Part shown: piece by piece, positions 35,640 through 44,013 of the stretch
How positions within the stretch are numbered: the first letter of the stretch is position 1
Layout: the number at the start of each line of letters is the position of its first letter
Assembly (NCBI GenBank): GCA_001823215.1
Contig: MHTV01000045.1
Coordinates: 1-44,017, forward strand
Direction of reading: 5' to 3'
Source of the DNA: Candidatus Wildermuthbacteria bacterium RIFCSPHIGHO2_02_FULL_45_25
GTDB lineage: Bacteria; Patescibacteriota; Minisyncoccia; Minisyncoccales; UBA10102
DNA: 44,017 nucleotides
The notes under the pieces: generated by a model
What the model was told of the DNA's origin: nothing
Seen by the model: only the letters and a program-made list of their open reading frames with translations
The model's database searches: none
Translations under genes and position numbers: made by a program

Positions 35640-36413
35640 TTACTCTTTACTTGTTTTTGCAGATTTCGCCTTTCTTGTCTTTTTCTTTTCGGTTGGCTTT
35701 CCTTGATCTTCCTGCTTTTCTTTCTCATTCACTTCGGTTGTTCCTTTCAATGCCTGGAACTGATTTACCAGCATCGTAACCGCTTGTCCAAAAGCATCTT
35801 CCGGAGTTATCGTGCCATCGGTCTCAATAACCACTGTAACCTTTTGAAAATCGGTGCGATCCCCTACGCGCATATTTTCCACTTTGGAACTTACTTTTTT
35901 AATCGGGCTGTACCACGCATCCAACGCAAGCATTCCAATTGCCTGCTTTTCCCGATGATGAGCATTTGCTGGCACATATCCAATGCCGCGCTCAATTTTG
36001 ATTTCCATTTCCAATGCCGCGCTCTTGCTTGTCAAATGCGCGATTTCCAAATCCTTATTGATAAGCTCTGCCTGTGAAGGGACTTCAAAATCCGCGCCCG
36101 TAACTGTTTTTTCTCCCTTTACTTGCACCGTCGCGGTTTGCGGCTCCGCTTCATACATGCGAAAACGAAGTTGTTTGATATTTAAAAGAATTGAAATCAC
36201 ATCCTCCATTACTCCCGGAAGCGTTGAGAACTCATGGTTTGCTCCCTTAATTTTTACTTGCGTAACTGCGGCTCCTTCCAAAGAAGAGAGCAAGATACGC
36301 CGTAACGCATTCCCGATTGTTACCCCATAACCCGGATATAACCCTTCAATTTCAAAAACTCCCCGATTCTCGGATTTCTCGATGAGTTTCGCAGCTTTTG
36401 GAAGAGAAATCAT
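35640..36413 (-). CDS. rpoA: DNA-directed RNA polymerase alpha subunit, N-terminal domain only
   Basis: GYGVTIGNALRRILLSSLEGAAVT... The NTD is complete. The protein ends after about 230 aa in a Lys/Glu-rich tail, and no alpha-CTD HhH segment is present. Confidence 0.9.
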   Translation of the reverse strand: MISLPKAAKLIEKSENRGVFEIEGLYPGYGVTIGNALRRILLSSLEGAAVTQVKIKGANHEFSTLPGVMEDVISILLNIKQLRFRMYEAEPQTATVQVKGEKTVTGADFEVPSQAELINKDLEIAHLTSKSAALEMEIKIERGIGYVPANAHHREKQAIGMLALDAWYSPIKKVSSKVENMRVGDRTDFQKVTVVIETDGTITPEDAFGQAVTMLVNQFQALKGTTEVNEKEKQEDQGKPTEKKKTRKAKSAKTSKE

Positions 36414-36433
36414 AAAATATGAAAAATAAATTT

Positions 36434-37036
36434 TTATCTTGAATAAAACTCGAAAACGAGGGGAAGCTCAACTGTTGGAGCTATCTCATGGAAAGACGGC
36501 TCTCCCTGTACCGTTGCTTCAACCTTTTCTTTATCAAGATGAAGCCATGAAGGCGCTTGATATTTCTTCAAAACAATAAGGATATTCTGAAAAGCCGGTT
36601 TCTTCTGAAGAGTTGGACGAACCGAAATTTTTTCTCCTGTTTTTACAATATAAGAAGGAATGTCCATCGGGCGTCCATTCACAAAAATATGCCCGTGAGA
36701 CACAAACTGCCGAGCTTGCTTGCGGGTCGTAGCGATTCCCATGCGAAACACCACACTGTCCAAGCGTTTCTCTAATTGCCGCATCAAAAGCTCCGCGGAA
36801 TTTCCGTTTCCCGCCTTTTGCAGTACTTCCTTTACGTAACGCCCAAACTGGCGCTCCCGAAGGTTGTACTCTCTCTTCAACTCCTGCTTTTGCTGAAGTT
36901 GTCGCCCGTATTCAGACAGCGGGCTCGTTCTTCGTTTTCGGACTACTCCTTTTTGCATATAATTTGCGGGATTTCTATACTCTTCGAGTTTTCTTTGCCC
37001 GAGGACCATTATGCGCCACAGGGGTCGCGTCAACAA
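36434..37036 (-). CDS. rpsD: 30S ribosomal protein S4 (short N-terminus; start uncertain)
   Basis: LSEYGRQLQQKQELKREYNLRERQFGRY plus an S4 RNA-binding domain. Candidate ATGs are at 37036, 37009 and 36958; the first two overlap rpsK. Confidence 0.85.
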   Translation of the reverse strand: MLTRPLWRIMVLGQRKLEEYRNPANYMQKGVVRKRRTSPLSEYGRQLQQKQELKREYNLRERQFGRYVKEVLQKAGNGNSAELLMRQLEKRLDSVVFRMGIATTRKQARQFVSHGHIFVNGRPMDIPSYIVKTGEKISVRPTLQKKPAFQNILIVLKKYQAPSWLHLDKEKVEATVQGEPSFHEIAPTVELPLVFEFYSR

Positions 37037-37430
37037 CTGATATCACATCAAATCCTTTTGCTCCAATGGATCGCAACGCGGAATCACGTCCCGGGCCTAC
37101 TCCTTTCATTTGGACAGCGATTTTTTCAATTCCTTTATTCTTCGCGATTTGCGCAATGGCATCTGCCACTTTGGAAGCGGCAAACGGAGTGGATTTCTTT
37201 GTCCCCTTAAAACCGACTGCTCCTGCGCTCACCTGTCCAATGACATTCCCATAAGGATCAGTCAGAGACATAATCGTATTATTATATGAGGCATAGACAT
37301 ACACAATCCCCTCTTTCATTTTTTTGGACGGCATAGAACCCCCGGCTTTCTTATCGCCGACTTGTTCAACCGCATCTGCTTGACCTCGCACTTCTTTTTC
37401 CCCTATGTGAATGATTCGTTTTTTCCCCAT
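36975..37430 (-). CDS. rpsK: 30S ribosomal protein S11
   Basis: IVYVYASYNNTIMSLTDPYGNV...GFKGTKKSTPFAA...HNGPRAKKTRRV. Confidence 0.95.
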   Translation of the reverse strand: MGKKRIIHIGEKEVRGQADAVEQVGDKKAGGSMPSKKMKEGIVYVYASYNNTIMSLTDPYGNVIGQVSAGAVGFKGTKKSTPFAASKVADAIAQIAKNKGIEKIAVQMKGVGPGRDSALRSIGAKGFDVISVVDATPVAHNGPRAKKTRRV

Positions 37431-37456
37431 TTCAAATAAATCTTTTAGTCGCTATC

Positions 37457-37846
37457 CTATGTAGGCGTTGCCGCTGGCTTTCTTCCCGATGTAACCGTCT
37501 TTCTGACATTTCCGCGAATTGTCCGATTATTTGTCTTTGTTCTCTGTCCTCGAACCGGCAAACGTTTTGCGTGACGATTCCCCCTCCAGCATCCGATATC
37601 TCGTAATCTTCGGATACTCATAATAACATCTCTGCGCAAATCTCCTTCGATTCGATAATTTTTCTCAATAAATTCACGGATTTTATTCAATTCATCGGCA
37701 GATAAATCAGCCGCTTTCTTTTCAGCATCAATACCGGCTACTTTCAAAATTTGTTTGCTTCGCGTTTCCCCAATTCCATAGATATAGGTAAGCGAAACTC
37801 GTATTGGTTTATTGTCTGGAATGTTAATTCCTGAAAGTCGTGGCAT
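37457..37846 (-). CDS. rpsM: 30S ribosomal protein S13
   Basis: PRLSGINIPDNKPIRVSLTYIYGIG... Confidence 0.95.
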   Translation of the reverse strand: MPRLSGINIPDNKPIRVSLTYIYGIGETRSKQILKVAGIDAEKKAADLSADELNKIREFIEKNYRIEGDLRRDVIMSIRRLRDIGCWRGNRHAKRLPVRGQRTKTNNRTIRGNVRKTVTSGRKPAATPT

Positions 37847-37866
37847 ATAATAATCAAAAATAAAAT

Positions 37867-37983
37867 TTACCCTTGCCGCTGTTTATGCTTTGGGTTTTTT
37901 TTACATGTAACATAAATCTTCCGTTCTCGTTTCACTATTTGGCAATCCTTGCACATTTTTTTTACTGACGCGCGTACTTTCAT
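37867..37983 (-). CDS. rpmJ: 50S ribosomal protein L36
   Basis: Not in the ORF track because it is too short. My hand translation gives [38 protein letters not shown]. Confidence 0.9.
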   Translation of the reverse strand: MKVRASVKKMCKDCQIVKRERKIYVTCKKNPKHKQRQG

Positions 37984-37987
37984 AGTA

Positions 37988-38224
37988 TTAGTATCTAGAA
38001 ACTCCTCGGTACACGATCCGTCCTCGCTTGGCATCATACGGCGTCATTTCCACCGTTACTTTATCGCCGGGCAGAATTCGGATTTTATGCATTCGAAGCT
38101 TCCCCGCGGCATACGCCAAAATTTCTTCTCCGGTTTCATCAAGCTTAACCCGAAATTTTAAACTCGGCAAGGCCTCGAGCACCAGGCCAGTTTTACGTAA
38201 TTCATTGTCTCCGGAATTTGTCAT
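37988..38224 (-). CDS. infA: Translation initiation factor IF-1
   Basis: S1-like fold pattern: [50 protein letters not shown]. Confidence 0.95.
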   Translation of the reverse strand: MTNSGDNELRKTGLVLEALPSLKFRVKLDETGEEILAYAAGKLRMHKIRILPGDKVTVEMTPYDAKRGRIVYRGVSRY

Positions 38225-38248
38225 TTCCTTTCAAGAACCTTCTACAAT

Positions 38249-38277
38249 ATCGTAGCAGAAAGTAAAAATATAGTCAA
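38249..38277 (-). promoter_or_regulatory. Sigma-70-type promoter for the infA-rpmJ-rps operon (TTGACT-17 nt-TACGAT)
   Basis: Minus strand reads TTGACT (38277-38272), then TACGAT (38254-38249), followed by a 24-nt leader with the Shine-Dalgarno sequence GAAAGGAA. Confidence 0.5.
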
Positions 38278-38328
38278 CACACCTCTTCTTATTCGTTTAT
38301 ACGGTGGCTCTCCCATCAGAATTCAGCT

Positions 38329-39627
38329 CTATTGCAACTTGGCCCCATGGGGATCAACAGAAAGCGCCGCCTGTATCTTTCTTGTATCTCGAGGGATTGT
38401 TTGAAGCCAAAATGGCTTAAAAACAATTTCCGCTCGCGCGATCATTGGGTACGCATCCAACACCGTCTGAATCCCCTTGTATGATTTGCCTTCAAAGTCC
38501 GCGACGACTTTATTGAGATCAATGTTCGTATACTTTTTCCCATAAATGTTGAACTTTACCAGCCAAGTGCCTGAATCCACATCAGCTCTTTCTCCTCGGA
38601 ATACAACCTTGAAGGAAGTTTCTTCCAAGACTTCATCTGGCTTCAACAAAGCATCTAAAAGCGTATGCGCCAGCGCTTCAGCATCGCTTCGCTTAAATGC
38701 CAGAATTTTCGCTTCCACGGAAGCACTATAGGTAAAATGTTTGAGTTCATTGCCTTCTTTCGCTTCTGTTCCAGATTCAAGAACTTCCGTGATCAGCGAT
38801 TCTTCAGCCGCGATAAAACTCTCTGGTAATTCGCTCTGCACTTGAGCGGTGGCTTTTGCCTTCAATTGAGCAACTGTGCGGTCTTGGGCGTTTTTGATAT
38901 CCCCGGCCGTTACCACAGGAACTTCGCTTTCCGCTCCTCCCTTCATGGACTGAAAAGATTTGCCGTAAATCTTGGTGTAGAGAGCAGATCCCACAAGCCC
39001 TGGAAGAGAAAAATTTGATGGTTCAATGTTATATGACTCTCCTGTTTCGGCGGCGATCACTTCGATATCAACCTCTCCTGCAACCGCGCGGCCTTTCTCT
39101 TGGCGTTGAGCCGGAATCTTCGCGGCGTTCGCCGAACGAAACAGTTTTCCATCTTCTGAAATAAAGCGGCTGCCTGTCACCAATGTTTGCGAAGCGCTTG
39201 TATTGGTATTATACACCCGAATAACTCCCCGAGCTTTCTCGCTTTTTTCCCTTACGCCGGTAGCTTCAAAAATCTGACTCCCCTCTACTGTTTTTTCATG
39301 GATGAAAGCTGGAATAATTCGCTTTTCCACCTGCGGCGCGGTTTCTCCCGTTCTCGCGACCACCGCAACTTCCATCTGAAGATCTTCCATCCGAGGTTCC
39401 ACGGCAATGGTAACACTTCCCAAAGGCCCAAATCCTGCCACGAGCGGAATCCCTACCACAAGCATTATCAATCCTCCTATGAAAGGTTTGGTAAAACTTT
39501 TTCTGTTGCGCGCGGAATTTCCTTCTCGCTTCCCGCCCATTGACGGCTTTGATCCTTCTTTCCCACTCTCAAAATCGCGCGCTACTCCGGGAGGATAAAT
39601 ATCAATAACTTTTTTTATTGTGCTCAT
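38329..39627 (-). CDS. Hypothetical bitopic membrane protein (short cytoplasmic N-terminus, one TM segment, large external domain)
   Basis: 432 aa with a TM segment at about residues 48-68. The N-terminus KKVIDIYPPG is loosely reminiscent of the PilN INLLP motif. It overlaps the upstream actin-like gene by 26 nt. Confidence 0.5.
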   Translation of the reverse strand: MSTIKKVIDIYPPGVARDFESGKEGSKPSMGGKREGNSARNRKSFTKPFIGGLIMLVVGIPLVAGFGPLGSVTIAVEPRMEDLQMEVAVVARTGETAPQVEKRIIPAFIHEKTVEGSQIFEATGVREKSEKARGVIRVYNTNTSASQTLVTGSRFISEDGKLFRSANAAKIPAQRQEKGRAVAGEVDIEVIAAETGESYNIEPSNFSLPGLVGSALYTKIYGKSFQSMKGGAESEVPVVTAGDIKNAQDRTVAQLKAKATAQVQSELPESFIAAEESLITEVLESGTEAKEGNELKHFTYSASVEAKILAFKRSDAEALAHTLLDALLKPDEVLEETSFKVVFRGERADVDSGTWLVKFNIYGKKYTNIDLNKVVADFEGKSYKGIQTVLDAYPMIARAEIVFKPFWLQTIPRDTRKIQAALSVDPHGAKLQ

Positions 39628-40738
39628 AATGCCAAATTGCCAACAAAAGAATCGGCGTAAACCGAGGATCTGCTGACTGTATTACTTTTTTCAGCTTGGT
39701 AAATTTCACGTTCTTTGGATATAAAAAAGCAATATCCATATCCGGAAATGTTTCCTCTAACATTTCTTGCAACTCAAGCCCAAGTGAATAGGGCCCGCAA
39801 ATCCAAAGACGTTCGGCTGTCTGCATATCAAATCTCATCATTCCCTGTTGTACGCTCGAGGCAATCCGTGAAGCGCAAGGAAGCATCAGCTTTCGGATAC
39901 GAACTCGCAAATCATCAGACACTTTGCCTTGAAAATATCGTTCCTGCAATTCCAAAGCCGTATTTTCGTGCATCTGCATGGAATCCATCAAAGTACTCGT
40001 GAACTGCTTGCCTCCTTGCTCTATGATTGCCGTACGCAGCAATACTCCATTTTCCAGATACATCAACTGGGACTTTTCCGCGCCCACGAAAAGGTATGCT
40101 TCATTCCCCCCGCTCCTTGCAGAAAACGATTCAAACCCATGCGCGATATGCGCGGCTTCCATTCGAGGAGCTCCTTTGATCAAAGAAAGTTTTGAGAGCC
40201 ATTGAACAATTTGTTGAGTAATCGTCTCCGCCCAAACAACGAACGAAACCATACTCCCCGCGCATCCCATAATATCCAAAACCGTATACCCGTTGATCTC
40301 TACCTTGGAAACTCCAAAACGATTGATCAAAATATCTTTCGCGAGAAGACCTGACCGTTCGGCAACGATCTTCTTTATTTCAGATTCCGCAGTCGCATAC
40401 AATTGATCGAGAATTTGCTGTTTTTCATGGGTTCCAATTGGCTTATGCTCGCGCCCTTCTCCTCTTTTGAAACCGAATGTAAAATACACCGCCTGCAGCG
40501 CAGGAAAGCAAACAGAAATCAAGAGATGATCAATTCGATACGTTGCTGAAATTTCAGAGACAAATTGAATCAAAGGATTTCCTTCATAGAGAGAAGAAAA
40601 TTCTTTATTCCCCGCGGCAAGCATTTGTAATCCTTCGCTCCCATTTGTCGCCACGCAATACCATATCGAAGAATCCTCCAAATGCATCACTGCAACGGTT
40701 TGCGATTTTGGATGAGAAGAAAACAAGCGAAACCCCAT
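39602..40738 (-). CDS. Divergent actin-fold protein (FtsA/PilM-like)
   Basis: The length and segments such as IIEQGGKQFTSTLM and LWICGPYSLGLELQEMLEE resemble the FtsA/PilM phosphate-2 and adenosine regions; similarity is weak. I chose ATG 40738 because a promoter abuts it; the ORF track extends to 40765. Confidence 0.45.
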   Translation of the reverse strand: MGFRLFSSHPKSQTVAVMHLEDSSIWYCVATNGSEGLQMLAAGNKEFSSLYEGNPLIQFVSEISATYRIDHLLISVCFPALQAVYFTFGFKRGEGREHKPIGTHEKQQILDQLYATAESEIKKIVAERSGLLAKDILINRFGVSKVEINGYTVLDIMGCAGSMVSFVVWAETITQQIVQWLSKLSLIKGAPRMEAAHIAHGFESFSARSGGNEAYLFVGAEKSQLMYLENGVLLRTAIIEQGGKQFTSTLMDSMQMHENTALELQERYFQGKVSDDLRVRIRKLMLPCASRIASSVQQGMMRFDMQTAERLWICGPYSLGLELQEMLEETFPDMDIAFLYPKNVKFTKLKKVIQSADPRFTPILLLAIWHYEHNKKSY

Positions 40739-40747
40739 AGCAGATAT

Positions 40748-40775
40748 ATTGTACCAAACAAACAAAAGAATTCAA
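40748..40775 (-). promoter_or_regulatory. Sigma-70-type promoter (TTGAAT-16 nt-TACAAT), 9 nt from ATG 40738
   Basis: Minus strand reads TTGAAT (40775-40770), then TACAAT (40753-40748). Confidence 0.5.
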
Positions 40776-40811
40776 AAAAACCTTTTGCGCATCACTATTC
40801 TTTTATCCAAA

Positions 40812-42680
40812 CTATTCAAGCACTGCGCGAATTCTTCGCACGCCCGCACTGACTGCTTCTTCCTTGACTACACGCAAACGCCCCAATTCCCCTGTATTGT
40901 TCACATGCGACCCGCCGCAAAACTCTTTGCTGAACATGTTTCCATCTGTATCTTGCGCGATGTACACAGAAACGATATCGCCGTATTTCACGCCAAATTC
41001 CATTTCAGCTCCCAAGTTCACGGCTTCATCTTTGGGCATTTCTTTGCGAATCATTTGCAGATTTGTGTTGATTTTTTCATTGACCAAATCTTCCACTTCT
41101 TTGAGTTGTTCTGGCGTCAGCTTCTCTGCATGAGAAAAGTCCAAACGGAGACGCTCCGCGGTGATATTGCTTCCTCGCTGATGCACATGGACTCCCAACA
41201 CCTGCCGCAACGCCGCCAACAACAAATGGTGAGCTGTATGAAGCTTCATGGTTTCATAAGAAGTATCTGCCAGTCCACCCTTAAATCGGCCAGCGCTTGC
41301 AGTTCGGGACATGTCTTGATGCTTTTTAAGTTCCGATCGGAACTCTTCTTCATCTACCGTAATGCCACGCTCCTTGGCCAATTCCAATGTCATCTCCAGA
41401 GGGAATCCATACGTCTGATATAAATCAAATGCCTCTTTGCCAGATAACAACGTCTTTTGTTGACCGATTTTTCCAAATTGAGCCAATCCCTTTTCCAGTG
41501 TTTTTCGGAATTTCTCTTCCTCCCCCGAAATAGTTTTTTTGATAAAATCTGCGGTTTGTTGCACTTCAGGATACGCATGTCCATAGGACAACACTACCGA
41601 ACCCGCCAATTCAGCCAATTCCCCTGATGGAAGTCCTATCACGTCCGCATATCGAACAGCTCGTCGAAGCAATCGGCGCGTAAAATAACCTCGTTCGGTA
41701 TTGGAAGGCGTTACGCCGTCAGCAATCATAAACACAGCTCCTCTTAAGTGATCTGCCACAATGCGAAATGCACGTTTCAAATCCTCATATTTCTTACCAG
41801 ACAACTCCTCCATCCCTTTGATAAGCTCGTAGAGGGTATCCACCAGAAACATATCTGCATTATTGTTGGAAGCCGCGCAAATTCGTTCCAATCCCCCGCC
41901 AAAATCCACATTTTTTTGTGGAAGTTTTTCAAAACTTCCTTGTTCCGTCTTGCGATATTCCATGAACACAGAATTCGCAATCTCCAAAAATCTTCCGCAA
42001 TCGCAATTCGGATGGCAATACTCGCCAAATTTTTTGTTGTGTTCTACATTGGTAAATTCGTAAAACACTTCCGAGTCCGGACCTCCCGGCTCGCCTGCCG
42101 GCATCTTTTCTGGCGCGCCTGCCCTGCTCCACCAGTTTTTCTTCGCTCCATAGTAAAAGATCCTTCCTGCTTGCATACCGACTTTTCCGCCATTTTCTTC
42201 TGTTCCAATCTCCACGTCTTTAGCTTCAATCCCCTTTTGTGCGAACAACTCTTTCCAAATCTTCACGGAATCCATATCCTTCGGGATATTATTTTTTTCT
42301 TCACCCGCAAATACCGTCACATAGAGCCGTTGCGGATCCAGCTTGATTCCGTCCGTCAAAAATGTGAACACCCACGAAAGCTGTTTCTCCTTAAAGTAAT
42401 CTCCCAGCGACCAGTTTCCCAGCATTTCAAAGAAGGTTGTATGGCGATTATCGCCTACCTCGTCAATGTCGTCAGAACGGAAACATTTTTGGGAATCGAC
42501 AAGACGACTGCCCATAGGATGGGGCTGCCCAAGCAAATACCGAATCAACGGCTGCATTCCCGATCCCGTAAAAAGTGTCGTGGGATCGTTCTCCGGAACC
42601 AATGAAGCAGAAGGAATTATCTTATGATCTTGATTCTCGAAAAATTTGAGATATTTGGCACGAACATCGTTCAGTTTCAT
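40812..42680 (-). CDS. alaS: Alanyl-tRNA synthetase, short form (catalytic, tRNA-recognition and editing domains; no C-Ala domain)
   Basis: N-terminal class II AlaRS core; editing-domain HTAHHLL and CGGSHV motifs. It ends at 622 aa. Confidence 0.9.
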   Translation of the reverse strand: MKLNDVRAKYLKFFENQDHKIIPSASLVPENDPTTLFTGSGMQPLIRYLLGQPHPMGSRLVDSQKCFRSDDIDEVGDNRHTTFFEMLGNWSLGDYFKEKQLSWVFTFLTDGIKLDPQRLYVTVFAGEEKNNIPKDMDSVKIWKELFAQKGIEAKDVEIGTEENGGKVGMQAGRIFYYGAKKNWWSRAGAPEKMPAGEPGGPDSEVFYEFTNVEHNKKFGEYCHPNCDCGRFLEIANSVFMEYRKTEQGSFEKLPQKNVDFGGGLERICAASNNNADMFLVDTLYELIKGMEELSGKKYEDLKRAFRIVADHLRGAVFMIADGVTPSNTERGYFTRRLLRRAVRYADVIGLPSGELAELAGSVVLSYGHAYPEVQQTADFIKKTISGEEEKFRKTLEKGLAQFGKIGQQKTLLSGKEAFDLYQTYGFPLEMTLELAKERGITVDEEEFRSELKKHQDMSRTASAGRFKGGLADTSYETMKLHTAHHLLLAALRQVLGVHVHQRGSNITAERLRLDFSHAEKLTPEQLKEVEDLVNEKINTNLQMIRKEMPKDEAVNLGAEMEFGVKYGDIVSVYIAQDTDGNMFSKEFCGGSHVNNTGELGRLRVVKEEAVSAGVRRIRAVLE

Positions 42681-42693
42681 AGAAGTTGTGGCA

Positions 42694-42812
42694 GAGTTGG
42701 TTTTTTGCCATAAGGTACGGAGAGACTTGTGAGCGCGACTGGCGCGAGCACGAGGAATTTTCTAGTAAGAAAATATCCGTGCTCTCCATACCTTATGGCA
42801 AAAAACCAACTC
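42694..42812 (+). repeat. Nested-hairpin intergenic element, copy D
   Basis: 31-bp arms (42694-42724 / 42782-42812; 30 of 31 positions paired) enclose GAGCGCGACTGGCGCGAGC-ACG-AGGAATTTTCTAGTAAGAAAATATCC. Confidence 0.9.
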
Positions 42813-42861
42813 CAACCGTGAGTACATAGTTTATTTTATCGTACCTACTTTCTTGAGAGAA

Positions 42862-44013
42862 TCAAGAGATTACCCCTGCTCCTATCATTTCATTGTTGTC
42901 ATACAGCGCCGCAAACTGCCCTTTCGTTACCGCTCGTTGAGGATCCATAAAATTCAATACGTGCTTCTCCCCTGCTCTTTCTTCCAAAACCGCCTCTGCC
43001 ATAGGGCTTCGATAGCGCAGTTTCACATGGAGGTTCGCGGGAAACTTCTTTGGCTTGGCAAACCAATTGATATGAGAAATTTTCACACGGGATTTCAGTA
43101 AATCATTTTCATCCTTGCTTACCTCCACGATATTTCTTTTCACATCTTTGTCCACCACAAAATATGGGCCACCGGCCAACCCAAGCCCTTTGCGCTGACC
43201 AATCGTATAGTACACGGCCCCTTCATGCTCACCCAATACATTTCCCTCCATATCATGAATTTCCCCTTTCTTTGGCGGAATATAGTGCTTGAGGAAGTCC
43301 GAGAAATCCACTTTCCCCACAAAGCAAATTCCCTGGCTGTCTTTTCGCTCCGCATTGGGAAGTCCAAATTTCTTTGCTAACTCTCTGACTTGAGGCTTGG
43401 TATATTCCCCTATGGGAAACATCACGTTCAACAACACCGCAGGATCAATCATGGAAAGAAAATACGACTGATCTTTATTTTCATCTCTCGCCGCCAGTAT
43501 GTGAACAGTTTCTTTTTGTTGCTTCCGACTCTTTGGAACTCGAGAACTGGAAATGGGAAATTTTCGAGAAAGTCGAGCATAATGTCCGGTTGCAACAAAA
43601 TCCGCGCCCAACCGCATTGCTTTCTCAAAAAACAGCCCGAACTTGATATGCTTGTTGCACATTACATCCGGATTTGGCGTAATCCCCTTTCTGTATCCTT
43701 CGAGCATATAATTTACCACTCGTTCTTTGTATTCTTTAATGAAGTTCAAAGAATAAAACGGAATGCCAATTTTGTGCGCTGCAAGCCGCGCCATTCGTTC
43801 GTCGTCTGAAGATGTGCAGTTCTCCCCCATTGGATCATCCGCGCTCCAGCACTTCATGAAAATTCCAATCACGTCAAAACCGGCCTTCTTGAGCAAGGCC
43901 GCAGACACCGAGCTGTCCACTCCGCCAGACATTGCCACGAAGACCTTTCTTTTAAGAGGGGTATTTGATTGTTTGTGTTTATTCCAAATTCTGGCCATAT
44001 TCGTTTCGTTCAC
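42862..44013 (-). CDS. mnmA: tRNA-specific 2-thiouridylase
   Basis: PP-loop VAMSGGVDSS and conserved Cys (CNKHIKF, GICF). The ORF-track start at 44013 is GTG; the first ATG is at 43998. Confidence 0.9.
   Translation of the reverse strand: MNETNMARIWNKHKQSNTPLKRKVFVAMSGGVDSSVSAALLKKAGFDVIGIFMKCWSADDPMGENCTSSDDERMARLAAHKIGIPFYSLNFIKEYKERVVNYMLEGYRKGITPNPDVMCNKHIKFGLFFEKAMRLGADFVATGHYARLSRKFPISSSRVPKSRKQQKETVHILAARDENKDQSYFLSMIDPAVLLNVMFPIGEYTKPQVRELAKKFGLPNAERKDSQGICFVGKVDFSDFLKHYIPPKKGEIHDMEGNVLGEHEGAVYYTIGQRKGLGLAGGPYFVVDKDVKRNIVEVSKDENDLLKSRVKISHINWFAKPKKFPANLHVKLRYRSPMAEAVLEERAGEKHVLNFMDPQRAVTKGQFAALYDNNEMIGAGVIS

Noticed and set aside
40749-42605. Long plus-strand ORFs (224 aa at 40749-41423; 285 aa at 41748-42605)
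   Set aside because: These are antisense shadows of alaS with low-complexity, Cys/Phe/His-rich products and no start signals. The same reasoning applies to other antisense ORFs inside gyrB, pheT, pheS, gatA and the membrane-protein gene.
2087-42812. The four repeats as a CRISPR array or remnants of one
   Set aside because: Copies are 1.6-30 kb apart, occur in both orientations, are 120-165 nt long and are internally palindromic. There are no regularly spaced short repeats or cas genes.
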